Assembly (NCBI RefSeq): GCF_963853765.1
Contig: NC_088860.1
Span: forward strand, 23,808,001-23,872,000
Source: Magallana gigas
Taxonomy: Eukaryota
DNA: 64,000 nt
Direction: 5' to 3'
The position numbers and the translations under genes were made by a program. Positions 40,432 to 53,199 of the stretch are shown in pieces. Numbering within the stretch: the stretch's first letter is position 1; every line of letters starts with the position of its first letter. Below the pieces are notes generated by a model. It made no database searches and was not told the origin of the DNA. It was given only the letters and a program-made list of their open reading frames with translations.

Positions 40432-42528
40432 TCAGACTGGTTTCCACAGAGGTACGGCACTATAATGCGGCCACGTTTTAATTTCGTTATAGAGAGCATC
40501 CCCGGGGCAGGAGCTGGTACTGGCGTCACGATGACCGTACAGTCTGTAGGTGGAGGTGATGTGGCCAAGGTTCACTCCGCACTGAATCAGGTTCTTCACT
40601 GCGTTTAAAGCCGCGGTATTCGGTTTCGTGGTCATAAAGTTTCCCATCACAGCCGCGGCAAAGGACTGACTATTGTAACCAGAGGTGTGGGCTCCAACGT
40701 TGTTCCAGCCGCGACCCTCATAGACTGCGCCATCCTCACCCACAAGGAAATTGTATTCTATGTCCGACCAACCTAAATTTAAATTTACAACGCTTATGAT
40801 TTTGTTAAGTATCATTCAAGTATAAAAGTTTGAAAATTGATTTTTGTTTTGTTTTATCCCAAAATGTGGAATGCTGAATACATATGTGAACATCGGAAAA
40901 AAAATCAAAATGCAGCGATAACCTTTAAGGATCCTCGACACCCCGTGGCTTCTACTTATTTTACAGTACAGTAATTTTTTCAGTCATTGACAATTCGAAC
41001 ACTTTCTAGAAATCCAGATATTTAAATGATTTAGAAAAATGGGCTTGTATGCAGAACTTTTCCAGGTGTGTGGAGGACCCTAAAAAAGAAAAGATGTTTT
41101 CCTCTAGCTCTTACAATCACTATGAAAATCAAATAATTGTAATCTCTACAACAGCATACAAACGTACGTGTAATGTCCATGTGATAGTTTTGAATACGTC
41201 TCACTTGTGTTGCACATGAATCGAAATCAGAACATCGACTCCCTGCAGTGTGGTGAACGAAGAAAAGATCAACAGGGGTATTTTTAAACGTCCTCGAACT
41301 TTTGGGTCTCCGTGCTCCCCAGGTGTCGCGAGAGTAGATCCGTACATTGGAACAAGCGTCGCTGTATGCTGTTTTTATGACGAAAAACAAGAACATATTA
41401 CATCATTTGCTCAATTCGCTATTATTCCTGCAAAGCTTAAGCCTGGGCCATGAGGTCAAAGTGGCGCATGACTAATCTACATGTAGGCCACCTTTTGTAC
41501 AAGCTAATAAACTTACGTTAAAACCAACGTAATGAAAACATATAATTAAAGAGGTTTTGGGTAGCCATTTTGGGTCACCTCTAGTCTGAAAATCCTGCAT
41601 CACATCTTAATTTTAGTAGTATATTTATATTTTACAATGCCAAATAAACTTTATTGAATAAAATTGTAAAAGAAATTACATTTTTAAAGAGTTTTTAAAG
41701 AGTTTAGTAAGGGACTATATTTTGTGGCGGAAGGTTTTCAAGAAGGTATTTCATAGACGTTCAGAAAAAAATAACTATAATTTTGGCCTAAAATTAGCTT
41801 ATTTCATGTTATATCTCAAATATTTGAGATGTGACCCCTACTTTTTTAACTTTTAAATGAAACATTAAATGTATGTCAATTTGAATGCAAAATTTTGGAA
41901 AGATGGTCGACATTACTAATATTCTTTTTATTAGCGTTATAATTTGCTTACTTTTAACAGCTTTTGTTGTGTTCATTATGTACTGGCATTTGAAGCCACA
42001 ATTAAAGAAAGATTTTGTTTTTTAATTTTGAGTTAGATATTACTTTTATTGTCACTACATGTGTTCAACTTCATACTGTTTTAAAATCATAACTAAATAA
42101 TTGTTCAAACTATAAATATTTGTTTGATTTCTTCAGCTAATCAATATCCATGCCAAATTTTAGCAAAAATTTCAGGAAAATTATCATTTCTGTTTGGTGC
42201 CCTATATTTCCAAAAAAAAAAATAATGGCATGTAACATGGGTCATAAATAAAACAAATGCACATTTTAGGTCACCATTTTTATATCCAAGTGGTTTTCGG
42301 ATGATTGACATTGCTAGTAGTACCTGTAGTATTACAGATGCCAACGTCCTTAAGATATAAACGTACATGTATCTATATTTTGTAATGCGAAATTTTATTC
42401 ATTCATTTTTTTTTTACAGTTATTTAAAATCAATTGTGGGTATAATTAAGCTTTGAATTATCATTTTTTTAAAAGATGAGGTGTCATAACTGTAACGGTG
42501 TGTGAATACAAATTGTATAGATCTAACT

Positions 42529-42566
<38 letters not shown>

Positions 42567-44150
42567 TGCAGTTATGACACCACACTTCCCAAAAAATGAT
42601 TCAATTTTATGTTTACGTTTTTTCAACATTTATTCCCTTTCCACAAACACGATTTATTTTTAAAAATCTCTGCCTTCTTATTGAACAAGTAATGCGCAAT
42701 TAACGGAAGATCCATTGGAACAGCCAGATTATGCTGACAAAAATAGTGCACAGAGTTTTAAATTCTAATAACACAATTTTATTTTTTTATTCTGTTTGAT
42801 GAATTTACTTTTGGAATACTAAGAAAAAAATCAATTGAATTCACTTAATTGTTAAACAATATCTAAAATCAATGAAATATTAATCAGCGTAAGTATAATA
42901 TCAGGTCGTGATCTGGTTTGAAGTTTATCGAGAAATACTGAAGGAAGACTGAATGTATTCATACGCACCAAATTAGGTGGTTGGATCTTCTGTGTTATGC
43001 GTAAATATCACTCAAATCAGTTAATGCAATTTGATAGGGGGAGAGAAAGTGAATATAAATACTAGTATATGATAATGAATTAGGCTTTACGTGCGATCTT
43101 GTTTATGGATCGACATTGTAACAAAGTGAAAATTCAATGAAAATTACATTCGCAGTTGGTCAAGGTACATATACTTAAAACTCAGTTGGGGATATACATA
43201 TACATGTACATGTAGATCGTAGAGTGTCTGACATTTCTAAAGAACCCCGAACACAATCGCAAACGCTATATCACAGACCTTTCCTGTTTAAGTTCATTCA
43301 CAACAGGTCAATTTAACACCCTCTGCTTCTCCGTCCGTTTTGTTCCGCAAAAACAAAAAAAATGATAATTAATAAATAAATAAAAAGATTAGCTTGTCTC
43401 TATAATGTCCGATTAAAAATCAGTGCGCTCTTGAATCTCATTATGCGATACAATTTGCTCTGGAGATTCCTCAGAAGACTCAAATTCAATCTGTCAGTCT
43501 GCAATTTCCAACCGCGCGGTACGTGGCTTTAACGGAATTACATGTATGTACTTACTAATATTCCGCGGAGCCTCATTTATATCTTCCATTTCTTTACTTT
43601 TTTTTCTAAATTATGATTTTAAAAAAGTGTTTGGTTTCTCAAAAGTAGTGTCATATTTATTTATTCCGCAAATAAAATACTTGCAACATGTATGGCATGT
43701 GTCTTGATAGTCGAAACGGCGTTTTTTATCTTATTGTCAGACAGAATTCTTGTATCTCTCTAAATTCTTTATAAAAAATTCTGAATCAAGTCGAACTGCA
43801 TTTTTCGTTATGTAATATCATCGTCTCTACAGATTATTAACAATTAGTGAGATGATTAATTATTAATGATTTATAAGACTTATTAGATTAAAGTTCATTA
43901 AGGAAAGAGATTACAATGTTTCCGCACTAACATACACCCCCACCCAGCCCAGACAGTGACACACGATATGTAGCATTCTGTTGGTTATACAAGCAGATGT
44001 TATATATTTTTTTTTTTATAAAAACAAAAAAAAAACCCAGAAAAGTGAGCAAAAGTTAATATTGATACAAATGCCTAGTAAAAATAAAAGAAAAACAATA
44101 CCCAATCCTGGCAGCACTAGCGCAGCAAAATAAAGAGCTTCAATCCTCAT
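40432..44150 (-). CDS. PGRP: Secreted short PGRP amidase without defensin-like domain (PGRP-3), ~196 aa; exons 44102..44150,41168..41368,40432..40772 (optional 43936..43977)
   Basis: Signal exon MRIEALYFAALVLPGL (49 nt, as in PGRP-1). 201-nt exon with VHHT. Last exon with DIEYNF, YEGRGW, GHRD, SSCPG. The exon 1 assignment is inferred from length, phase and hydrophobicity. Confidence 0.85.
42447..43061 (+). mobile_element. Hairpin-headed repeat family 3, copy a (PGRP-3 intron)
   Basis: ~160-bp degenerate palindrome plus ~450-bp tail, colinear with 55159..55781. Confidence 0.8.
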
Positions 44151-46131
44151 GTTTCCACTGCGAAGTTTTTGGAACAAAATGTTGAACTATGGGTATAGCA
44201 GTGTTCATTTATACGATTGTCCAAGAAAAATAAAAATTAAATTTTTAAGTATCTTGATGGCACATCCGCTAGTACTCAACATCTGTTTAAAGTGTCTACG
44301 TGCGTCCTTTGGCGACCTTCATTCATATACGTAGTTTGGCAAAACGTATGCATTTCCTTCCTCCTGTCGGCAACACAAACATTGCAAGCTATTTTTAGCA
44401 TGTTTACTAACTGAACACTATGATATATCCTGTTTTTGTATTTGATTGGGATAGAGTTCCCAATTCTTCTGCGATTGAATGTTTTCCGTTGTAAATATTC
44501 GTTTTATGGCATATTCTCCATAAAAGTATTGTTTTAAAGTTTGCTGTAAGTTATGTCTTGCAAAAATTACACAAAAACAAGAGGACCAGGGGCCACATCG
44601 CTCACCTGAGCAACAATTGCCTTAATTCTGATCAAATTAGCATAACAGTATCAAAATATCTTGAAAACTAAGTACAGTAGATCTTGCTAAAAAAATTGAA
44701 AATCTGCCAATTTTTATCCACCTCTTTTTTTTTGGTAAATACCAAGCCCCATTTGTTGTTGTACCTGTAAGAAGATTTTTCTCTAGTCCTATATAACTCA
44801 ACCCCACCCCCCATTTCGTGGCCCCACTTCTCGTTATGGAATCATGGTTTCATCAAACTTAAATCTGCATAACCTATGCTTTCACATTAAGTACTGAGTT
44901 TAGGACCGAAAACTTTCCCAGAATATTTTTAAAGATTTTCTCTATATATTCCTATGTAAAAATTCAAACCGCCATCACGGCCCCGCCCTACCACTAGGGA
45001 CTGTGATTTTGCAAACTTGAATTTACACTACCCAAGGATGCCTCTACACAAGTTTAAGCTTTTCTGGCCAAATAGTCTTTAAAAAGAAGATTTTTAAAGA
45101 TTTTCTCTATATATTCCTATGTAAAAATTCATCCCCCATTGTGGCTCACCCTACCCCTGGACTATTATTTAAATAAACTTGAATCTATACGATCTGGGGG
45201 TGCTTCCACTCAAATTTGGGCTTTCCTGGCCTAATAGTTTTGAGAAAAAGATTTTTAAAGATTTTCTCTCTATATAAAAATTTATCCCCCATTGTAGCCC
45301 CGCCCTACCCCAGGGAGCATGATTTGAACAAAATAAAATCAACACTTCCTGAGGATGCTTCAATTTTAATTCGAGCTTCCCTGGCATAATAGTTTTTGAG
45401 AAGAAGATTTCTAAAGATTTGCTATATATATTCCTATGTAAAACTTGATCTTCCAACTGTGGCCCCAGCCTACCCCCAGGGAGCATGATTTGAACAAAAT
45501 AAAATCAACACTACCTGAGGATGCTTCCATTTTAATTTGAGCTTCCCTGGCCTAATAGTTTTTGAGAAGAAGATTTCTAAAGATTTGCTATATACTGTAT
45601 ATTCCTATGAAAAACTTGATCCCCCAATTGAGGCCCCTCCCTATCCCCGGGGACCATGATATGAACAAACTTGAATCTACACTACCTGAGGATGCTTCCA
45701 TTTTAATTTGAGCTTTTCTTGCCTAATAGTTTATGAAAAGAAGATTTTAAAGATTTTCTCTATATATTCCTATGTAAAAATTGATCCTCCTATTGTGCCC
45801 CCACCCTAACCACAGGGACCATGATTTGAACAAACTTGAATCTACACTACCTGAGGATGCTTCCATTTAAATTTGAGCTTTCCTGGCCTAATAGTTTTTG
45901 AGAAGAAGATTTTTAAAGATTTTCTCTATATATTCCTATGTAAAAATCCATTCCCCCATTGTGGCCCCACCATACCACCAGGGACTATGATTTGAACAAA
46001 CTTGAATCAACACTATCTGAGGATGCTCCCATTTAAATTTGAGCTTTTCTGGCCTGATAGTTTTTAAGAAGAAGATTTTTAAAGATTTTCTGTATATATT
46101 CCTATGTAAAACTTGACCCACTCTACCCCCA

Positions 46132-49100
46132 TATGGAGGGTAATCGTGTTCAAAAATCCAGACATGTAAACTTGTAAATCCGAATATGTAATCGTGTTGA
46201 TGTGTGAGTCTGAGTATGAAAATGTGTAATTCTGATCGTGTAACCTATAAAACTCAGGGATAATTAAACAATTTAGAGTTAACCCCGCAGGCCTTCCATC
46301 TAATTTTTCCTACAGATGCTAATTGCAGCTGTTAAATGCTGTTGGATGTTTACATGTAACAAAGCACAATAATACACACTTTCCATCTGTAGTCTCTGCT
46401 TTTGTATTTCCGTTTTCTGAAATATCATGGCTGACATGTTGCAAATAGTCTACAAGTTTGTCGAATTTTGACATGACCATATATGGAAACAGTGATGTCA
46501 CCGATAGAAAAAGGCTAGCTGCAGGTAAAGGCATGCTATAATCGCCGGAATAGGAACGGAATAAATATAAAAAATATATAAGGTAGGTCTATAATCATAT
46601 TATCTCTGGATAACAACTTTTCTTAGAAAGTATTATTTTTTGGAAAGTTATCGATAAGAAAAACAAAAAATTTAAAGTCATTGGTTTTGAGATTTTGATT
46701 AATATGTTTTACGGTGAGACCGTTGGGGCGAGCACAGCATGTGATCAAACAATGAATTATAATAATCAATAAAAATAAAATTAACAACGTAAAATTTGAA
46801 TGCAAAAAAATAAAACATACCTATTTTTCAGTAAATTTTCATTATTCATAGTTTATAAGATTTGTTAGTAGAACAGTAATTTAATCTCAGATACAATCTT
46901 GTTGAATAATAAAGATTTTAATATATAAATATTCATTGCACTGTATCTCCTCTTTTAAAGGGATTGTAACGTCAGTTCATCCCCCTTTTTTGCAGTAAAC
47001 ATTTTTCTTAAACCTACATATAAAACTTGACTAATCATAGAGCTTCCCCCCCCCCCCATGTTAAAAAAAATATTTCATTTTTTTTTCTATTTACACATAG
47101 AAAATCGACTTATCATGGATTTGCCCCCTCCACTTTTGAAAAAAAAAAATGTTTAATTATTCTTTTTTTAATTTTACGCTTTAAAATATTTGCTGATCAT
47201 AGTAAAAGAACATGGTACCCCCCCCCCCCCCCCCACGCATGTAATAAATGGAAGTAAAAGAATAAAAAGAAACCATTGAACCGCTTAAGAGCTGAAGGAT
47301 TAGACTTTTCATGATTTTTTTTTCTTTTTGCTTGCAAAATTTTTTTGGATGAGGTTGCCATCCACCGATCCACCCACCCACTCCCTTTTTAAAAAAGGCG
47401 ATGCTACGTGTACGTTCCAGGAATTTACCGTAATTTTAGTGAATAAAATAAATGTGAACATTCATCCAAATGAGTGCAATTTACAACTGTTTCCTGTATC
47501 TGAAGAAATGTCCTTATTCTTCAGCTGTTCTTTAGCTTAGCCTTTGCAAGATTTTGAGAGGATTTTGGTCATTTCAGAAGATTTAGAATAACTTCAATTA
47601 GAGTAATTTCCCCTTATCAGTGCTTATTGTGACGTCAAAGCTGACGTTGGTTAAGTGTCACCTGACTCTTTAAAACTCCCCTGAGAAATTGAAGTACGCG
47701 AAGTATACTGTTTTATTTACTTAAAAAAGCATGATGTTCTTAAAATTACAATCTTATATATGCTTCTCAAAAGTTGTACTTTGATTCCCGCGAGAACGTG
47801 AGGTTGGAAACCATTGGTACTATGAATTGTGGGTCAAATTTTACTGACGCTGAAAAATTCTATCGGATCAATGTGTAAACCTTTGTGACGTCACTCGATT
47901 ATTTTTGATTGAGAGTGTACTGACGTGAACTTTAGAGGTAGTACTGACTGTATGTCGTATACATCGTTATTGTTTTTATATTGTCTTGCTGATTCTCGTG
48001 AGAGTGTGAAGTGATAAAAATTGCCATGATTACAGGGAACTACTGGGACGATTAAAACAATGCATTACTGGTCCGATTTACTGACGCCAAAAAAATCCGT
48101 TGAATGAATGTGCAACTAGTCCGAATTTTCTATTCACACATGCCTTGGCGGTAGAGCACGCTTCGCTCGCTATTATGAGACATAAGAAGCGACACCCCCT
48201 TTGAAAATAAATAAATAAAAATTCCAAAGACTAGGTTAATTGTCGTGAAATTAAAATGTGTATAAATTATTTTTAAAAATGTTTCATTTTGCATTATCGG
48301 CAATATATAGGGAAAAAAGCCTATCATGCAGGTGAAAATTGGCATGTCTTTTTAATTTCAAGCAGTTATTACGGGATATGGGCATGAAGTCCTGAATGTT
48401 GATTCAATACAGACTCACTTTGTGAAATTGGTTGATTCCGGAGAGCTATTATATTACAGCTTTACAGCCACTTGTGAAGATGTACTGTTTGCAATAAAGC
48501 AACTACTAAATTTTGTAAAATTATTGTCAATACAGTATATACATGCATTTTCAAATATATCTTATGATTTAAACTCTACCAGTTCATACGATCAAATTCA
48601 TCTGACCCACTCCGTTCCTTACTTTTAGAAATCCAATTTCCGAAGAAAAATCATAATTGCAAAAACATAAACATACTAGTATACCATTACTATTTCTTCA
48701 AACCTTTCAATTCTTAACAAAACTTGGTGCTTTAATTAATAATTATAAAACTTCTTTTTATTTATAACAGTTTTAGATTGTTTTAATATCTATCTTTCAC
48801 TTGCACAACAAAATCATTTTGATATTCTAAAAAAAGCATAAATACATGTATAGTTACATACATTTTTCCGCAAAAAATTACCAAATCTTTGCAGGTAGTT
48901 TATTATCACTTATGCAGAAAAATAACAAGAAAAAAGTTGTCAATGTGACAGCAAACCGGGTTTTCTTTTGTGTGAACAGTATTCATAATCCATTTGTCAA
49001 TCCTAGATTGATAAATACTACCTATCCAAAGAAATGGGGTACCTTGTATGCAATGTTTTTGCCAAAAAAAGTGACTAAGTTCAACAGCTGATATTTTTTG

Positions 49101-50109
49101 ATAAATTATCAGAAATCAAAATCCTAGCAATTTGCATACCTCTAAAATATGTATAATTGATATGCAAAAGAACAATTTCATATCTCGAAAACTGTACGAG
49201 GAGTTATCGGTACAATCAGGGTACCTTTTTGGCAGCCACTCGCCCGCCCGCCATTTTCACTATTTCAATAATCGAAAAACCCGGTTAATAATTCTCTCTA
49301 AAAGTTCTCAAAATTCAGATGCAATGGAGCTACATGGGACCTCACGGCGGTCTCAGAATCTCATGCCGCTCAAAATATATTTACCCCCTAAGGAAATTTC
49401 TTGATCCGTCTCATTTTTAAAAAAGAGTACGCATTAACTTATATTCCAGTTTAAATTACATGTCAAATTATTTTAGAAAAATAAGATATTAGGCATTTCT
49501 TTTTAACCATTATAGTATAATACCATGAGAATTACCTGTGTATTACAGAAATTAGCGCATTTGTCACATCGGCGTCGATTTTTATATGCATGACCCTCTT
49601 CCTGTTTGGTCCAGTTTCAATCATACCTCAAAATTTTTTCTAAAAATAATACCGGTATTTTCGATAGAAAAAGTGTCGTTCATTAAAAGCTCATTGCAAC
49701 AGTTAAGCTGAATATTATGTTTATTTTTCATCCATTCCGGCGATTACTGCATGCCGTTTCCCCGCAGCAAGGCAGTTGCCATATAAGGTCATGTCAAAAT
49801 AGACTTTACATTTGTCAATGTGTATCATGTCAGATATGCTATTGCCGAGCCTGAAGATACAAATGCAGAAACTACGGATTGAAAGTGTGCATAGTTGAAT
49901 GTTTAATTAACTGATAAAAGCAATAAAGCTGCAAATTGTGCATCATGCGAAGGAACTGAGTCAAATCTTACACGTGTTTATGCCCGAGATTTATAGGTTA
50001 CACGATCAGAATTACACATACTCATACTCAGACTCACACACCAACACGATTGCATATTCGGATTTACAAGTTTACATGTCTGGATTTTTGAACACGATTA
50101 CCCTCCATA
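46132..50109. mobile_element. ~4-kb non-autonomous TIR DNA transposon inserted in a satellite monomer
   Basis: Outer ~130-bp TIRs nearly identical (TATGGAGGGTAATCGTGTTCAAAAATCC...). CCCCCA is duplicated on both sides (TACCCCCA if the terminal TA is counted). No transposase ORF. Confidence 0.9.
48830..49290 (+). mobile_element. Fragment of a second HINE-like repeat nested in the TIR element
   Basis: Ends with CACTCGCCCGCCCGCCATTTTCACTATTTCAATAA...AAAACCCGGTTAA, resembling bivalve (CGCC)n HINE ends from memory. Left boundary approximate. Confidence 0.4.
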
Positions 50110-50608
50110 CCCCCAAGGACCATGTTTTGAACAAACTTGAATCTACACTATCTGAGGATGCTCCCATTTTAATTTGAGCTTTTCTGGCCTGATAGTTTAT
50201 GAGAAGAAGATTTTTAAAGATTTTCTCTATATATTTCTATGTAAAAATTGATCTTCCTCTTGTGGCCCCTCCCTACCACCGGGGACCATGATTTGAACAA
50301 ACTTGAATCTACACTACCTGAGGATACCTCCACACAAGTTTAAGCTTTTCAGGCCTGATAGGTTTTGAGAAGAAGATTTTTGAAAAATACCAACAAATTT
50401 TCAATAATTCTCAATTATCTCCCCTTTAAAGAGGGCGTGGCCCTTCATTTGAACAAAATTGAACCCCCTTCACCTACTGGTGCTTTGTGCCAAATTTGGT
50501 TGAAATCTGTCCAGTGGTTCTTGAGAAGAAGATGAAAATGTAAAATGTTTACAACGACGACGACAACGACGACAACACCGACAACGACGACAACGACATA
50601 CAACGGAC

Positions 50609-50640
<32 letters not shown>

Positions 50641-51653
50641 TGGCTCAGGTGAGCTAAAAATCAGTTGAAAAAGAAATAATATTCATAATTGGCAAAAGGT
50701 TGAATAAAATATATTTGATTGTTGTGATGAAGAAAAATCTAATAATATCCTCAAGTAATATATAACTCCTATTCAAAAAATGTCAATATATCATTAAAAA
50801 AATATGAATGATCTCCCTTTGTCTGATAAACTGAGAATGCAAGGCACACTATCATGATCAAATACAGTAAATACACAGCAGTGAAATACATAATTAGGCA
50901 CTAAAACTACTAACAATACATAGCTACATGTACATGTAAACAATTTCTAATTGCAAGGATTAAAAATGTTGGAGTGAAATTAAAATGAAAACCACTATTA
51001 CGATTATAAACATTTACAAAGATATCAACTATCAATGTACCCTTTCCATTCACCTTCTGAATTAGCTGACATATAGAAGCTCTCCCATGATATTTTATGG
51101 TATAAGATTTCCAATTTTACTATTACTTTGACTGCTGTTTTCTATCCCTAACCCTTATATTATCAAGGGCAAAGAAAATCACACAGCTGAATAAAAATCA
51201 TAAATTATTTTGTTTTCAAAAACACTGGGAAAATTTTTTTATCAATTTTTTTTAGCCTTTTCTTTTTTAAATATACATGAAATCTTTTTTTATGAGCTTA
51301 CGTTGCTTCAAATGTATTGTATGCATTTTTTGATGACATATTATCGAACATTCATCGTCTAAGGAATGGTAGATCTTTAAAAAGCTCTAAAATAAATTTG
51401 CTTTGTCAAATAACATAGTAAATAACCATCCTCTTGCTTGTCACACTATCATCATAAAATTTCGGATGACATTTATCAAAAACAAAACTCAGTCCTGCAA
51501 TATTCCACACCTTTAAAAGGCCTTATCTCGAAGCTGTACGTCTTTCATTAAACAGTTGATTTCAGCTCTCATTTCACCATAAAGAACAATGATGACCACT
51601 TCATCACGCCATGTCTTGCATTTCTTGGTCTGGGATGGATAACTCTATTTCAT

Positions 51654-51740
51654 CTACCAAGACATTTCTAAACCAATGTCTAGCATGTCAACCATGTCTT
51701 GTATTTCTAGGTCTGGGATGGATAACTCTATATCATCTTT
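51654..51740 (-). pseudogene. Displaced relic of the transporter C-terminal coding sequence (KDDIELSIPDLEIQDMVDMLDIGLEMSW*)
   Basis: In frame with the last exon if the 51741..52693 element is removed leaving one CG. Contains a second copy of exon sequence TGGTT(C/T)AGAAATGTCTTGGTAG. Confidence 0.6.
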
Positions 51741-52693
51741 CGCGCGGGGGTGTTAAGGAAGCATATGGGCAATTAAGCGTCATATTTTGACTGTTATATT
51801 CAAAATCGTGAAATTAAATAATTATTTTGAATAAGATCAAAAACTTAGTATTATCCTTTAAAATAGATGCCAATGCAATAAAATCGGGTAGTACATTACT
51901 GCCACATTGGTACATTATCACGTGATAAGTATAAATAGCTTACGTATGTTCCTTAACATAAAATGAGATAGAACAACACTACCCCGCGGTTTCCAAAATA
52001 AAATAAGCATACCAAGTGAAAGCAAAACATCTCAGCTTTATCAAGACCGCTGCTAGAATCCTATGCCTGTCCTTATTAAAAAGTTATTCATCCGGTACTT
52101 GTAAAACCTTCCCAACTTTTATATAGTTTGCACGGAAAACGGCAAATTGCATCAAAACAACACACAACATGGGATTCTAGCAGCACTTTTCAATTTAAGC
52201 ATTGATAAAACTAACGATACGTACAAAATTTCAAGTTCAATATATATAGGGTAGTGTTGTTCTAGTCGGATTTTTACATCGTAAACAACGACAGAGGAAA
52301 GCCTGGCCGAGAAATAAAAGCAAATTTACATACCTTTTAGCGAATGATTGATAAAACTAACATCCCCCCTAGTATTCTTATGTTCAATTCTCAATAAATC
52401 ACACCACAATACTTTATTAGAGTTCTTAGATTAGTTATATTTTGAATATGTTTACAATGCTTTCCGATCAAATTCACACGACATTCAACTTTTAGTCATG
52501 ACGTCATCAATGTGTAAATCTACGTAATACAAACTAATTTTTGGGAAAAAATTGTCTTCAGTATTTTTTATTTGTTTTTGATCTACGTTTCGTTGCTTAG
52601 ATATTTGAATATATACATAATAACTAAGATTTGTGATTTCACGGAATTACATGCAACTTGAGATTCCATATGCTTCCTTAACACCCCCGCGCG
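51741..52693. mobile_element. ~950-bp TIR element inserted in the last coding exon of the SLC16 gene
   Basis: Perfect 28-bp inverted repeat CGCGCGGGGGTGTTAAGGAAGCATATGG at 51741..51768 and 52666..52693. Internal fold-back TAGAACAACACTACCC / GGGTAGTGTTGTTCTA at ~51969 and ~52249. Confidence 0.85.
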
Positions 52694-53126
52694 GAGGTCT
52701 CCTACCAAGACATTTCTGAACCAGTGGTAGAAAGTAGAGCATGGCTCCACTAATGGCTACCATGGTACCCGCAACGTAGAAAGAAATATCATAGCTTCCT
52801 GTGCCATCATACAACCAACCTGTAATCATAAAATTCAACATTCATTAGTAAATATATACTGTAGGTACATTGATATGGACATACATGTATTGCTGTAATA
52901 GTATTGTGACTGAATAGATACTCTTTTTATATTCATGATAGATTTGATCACCCCACAACCAAATTATCACCTCATAACATTCAAACAATGATTCCTTATT
53001 TACTTATATTTATATAGTTTTCAATTTAAGCAGATTCTCGCTTCTGCCTTAATTATATGCCATTTGAATTTACTGGACTGTATAGTACAATATCCATACA
53101 TAGTATTATCAATGGCAAAGACACTG

Positions 53127-53199
<73 letters not shown>

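Larger units (their letters stand above)
44577..50660 (+). mobile_element. Helentron/HINE-type (CvA/pearl-like) element carrying ~10 monomers of the ~166-bp oyster satellite (Cg170-like), split by an insertion at 46132..50109
   Basis: 5' ACAAGAGG...GCTCACCTGAG. Tandem ~155-171-bp monomers (TTGAACAAACTTGAATCTACACTACCTGAGGATGC...). (ACG/ACA)n at ~50553-50598. 3' hairpin GCTCACTTGAGCC-TTT-GGCTCAGGTGAGCT followed by an A-run. Confidence 0.85.

Noticed and set aside
46319-46534. ORF inside the TIR element as a transposase remnant
   Set aside because: It lies within the diverged inverted repeat, whose partner has stops, and it has no DDE or other motif.
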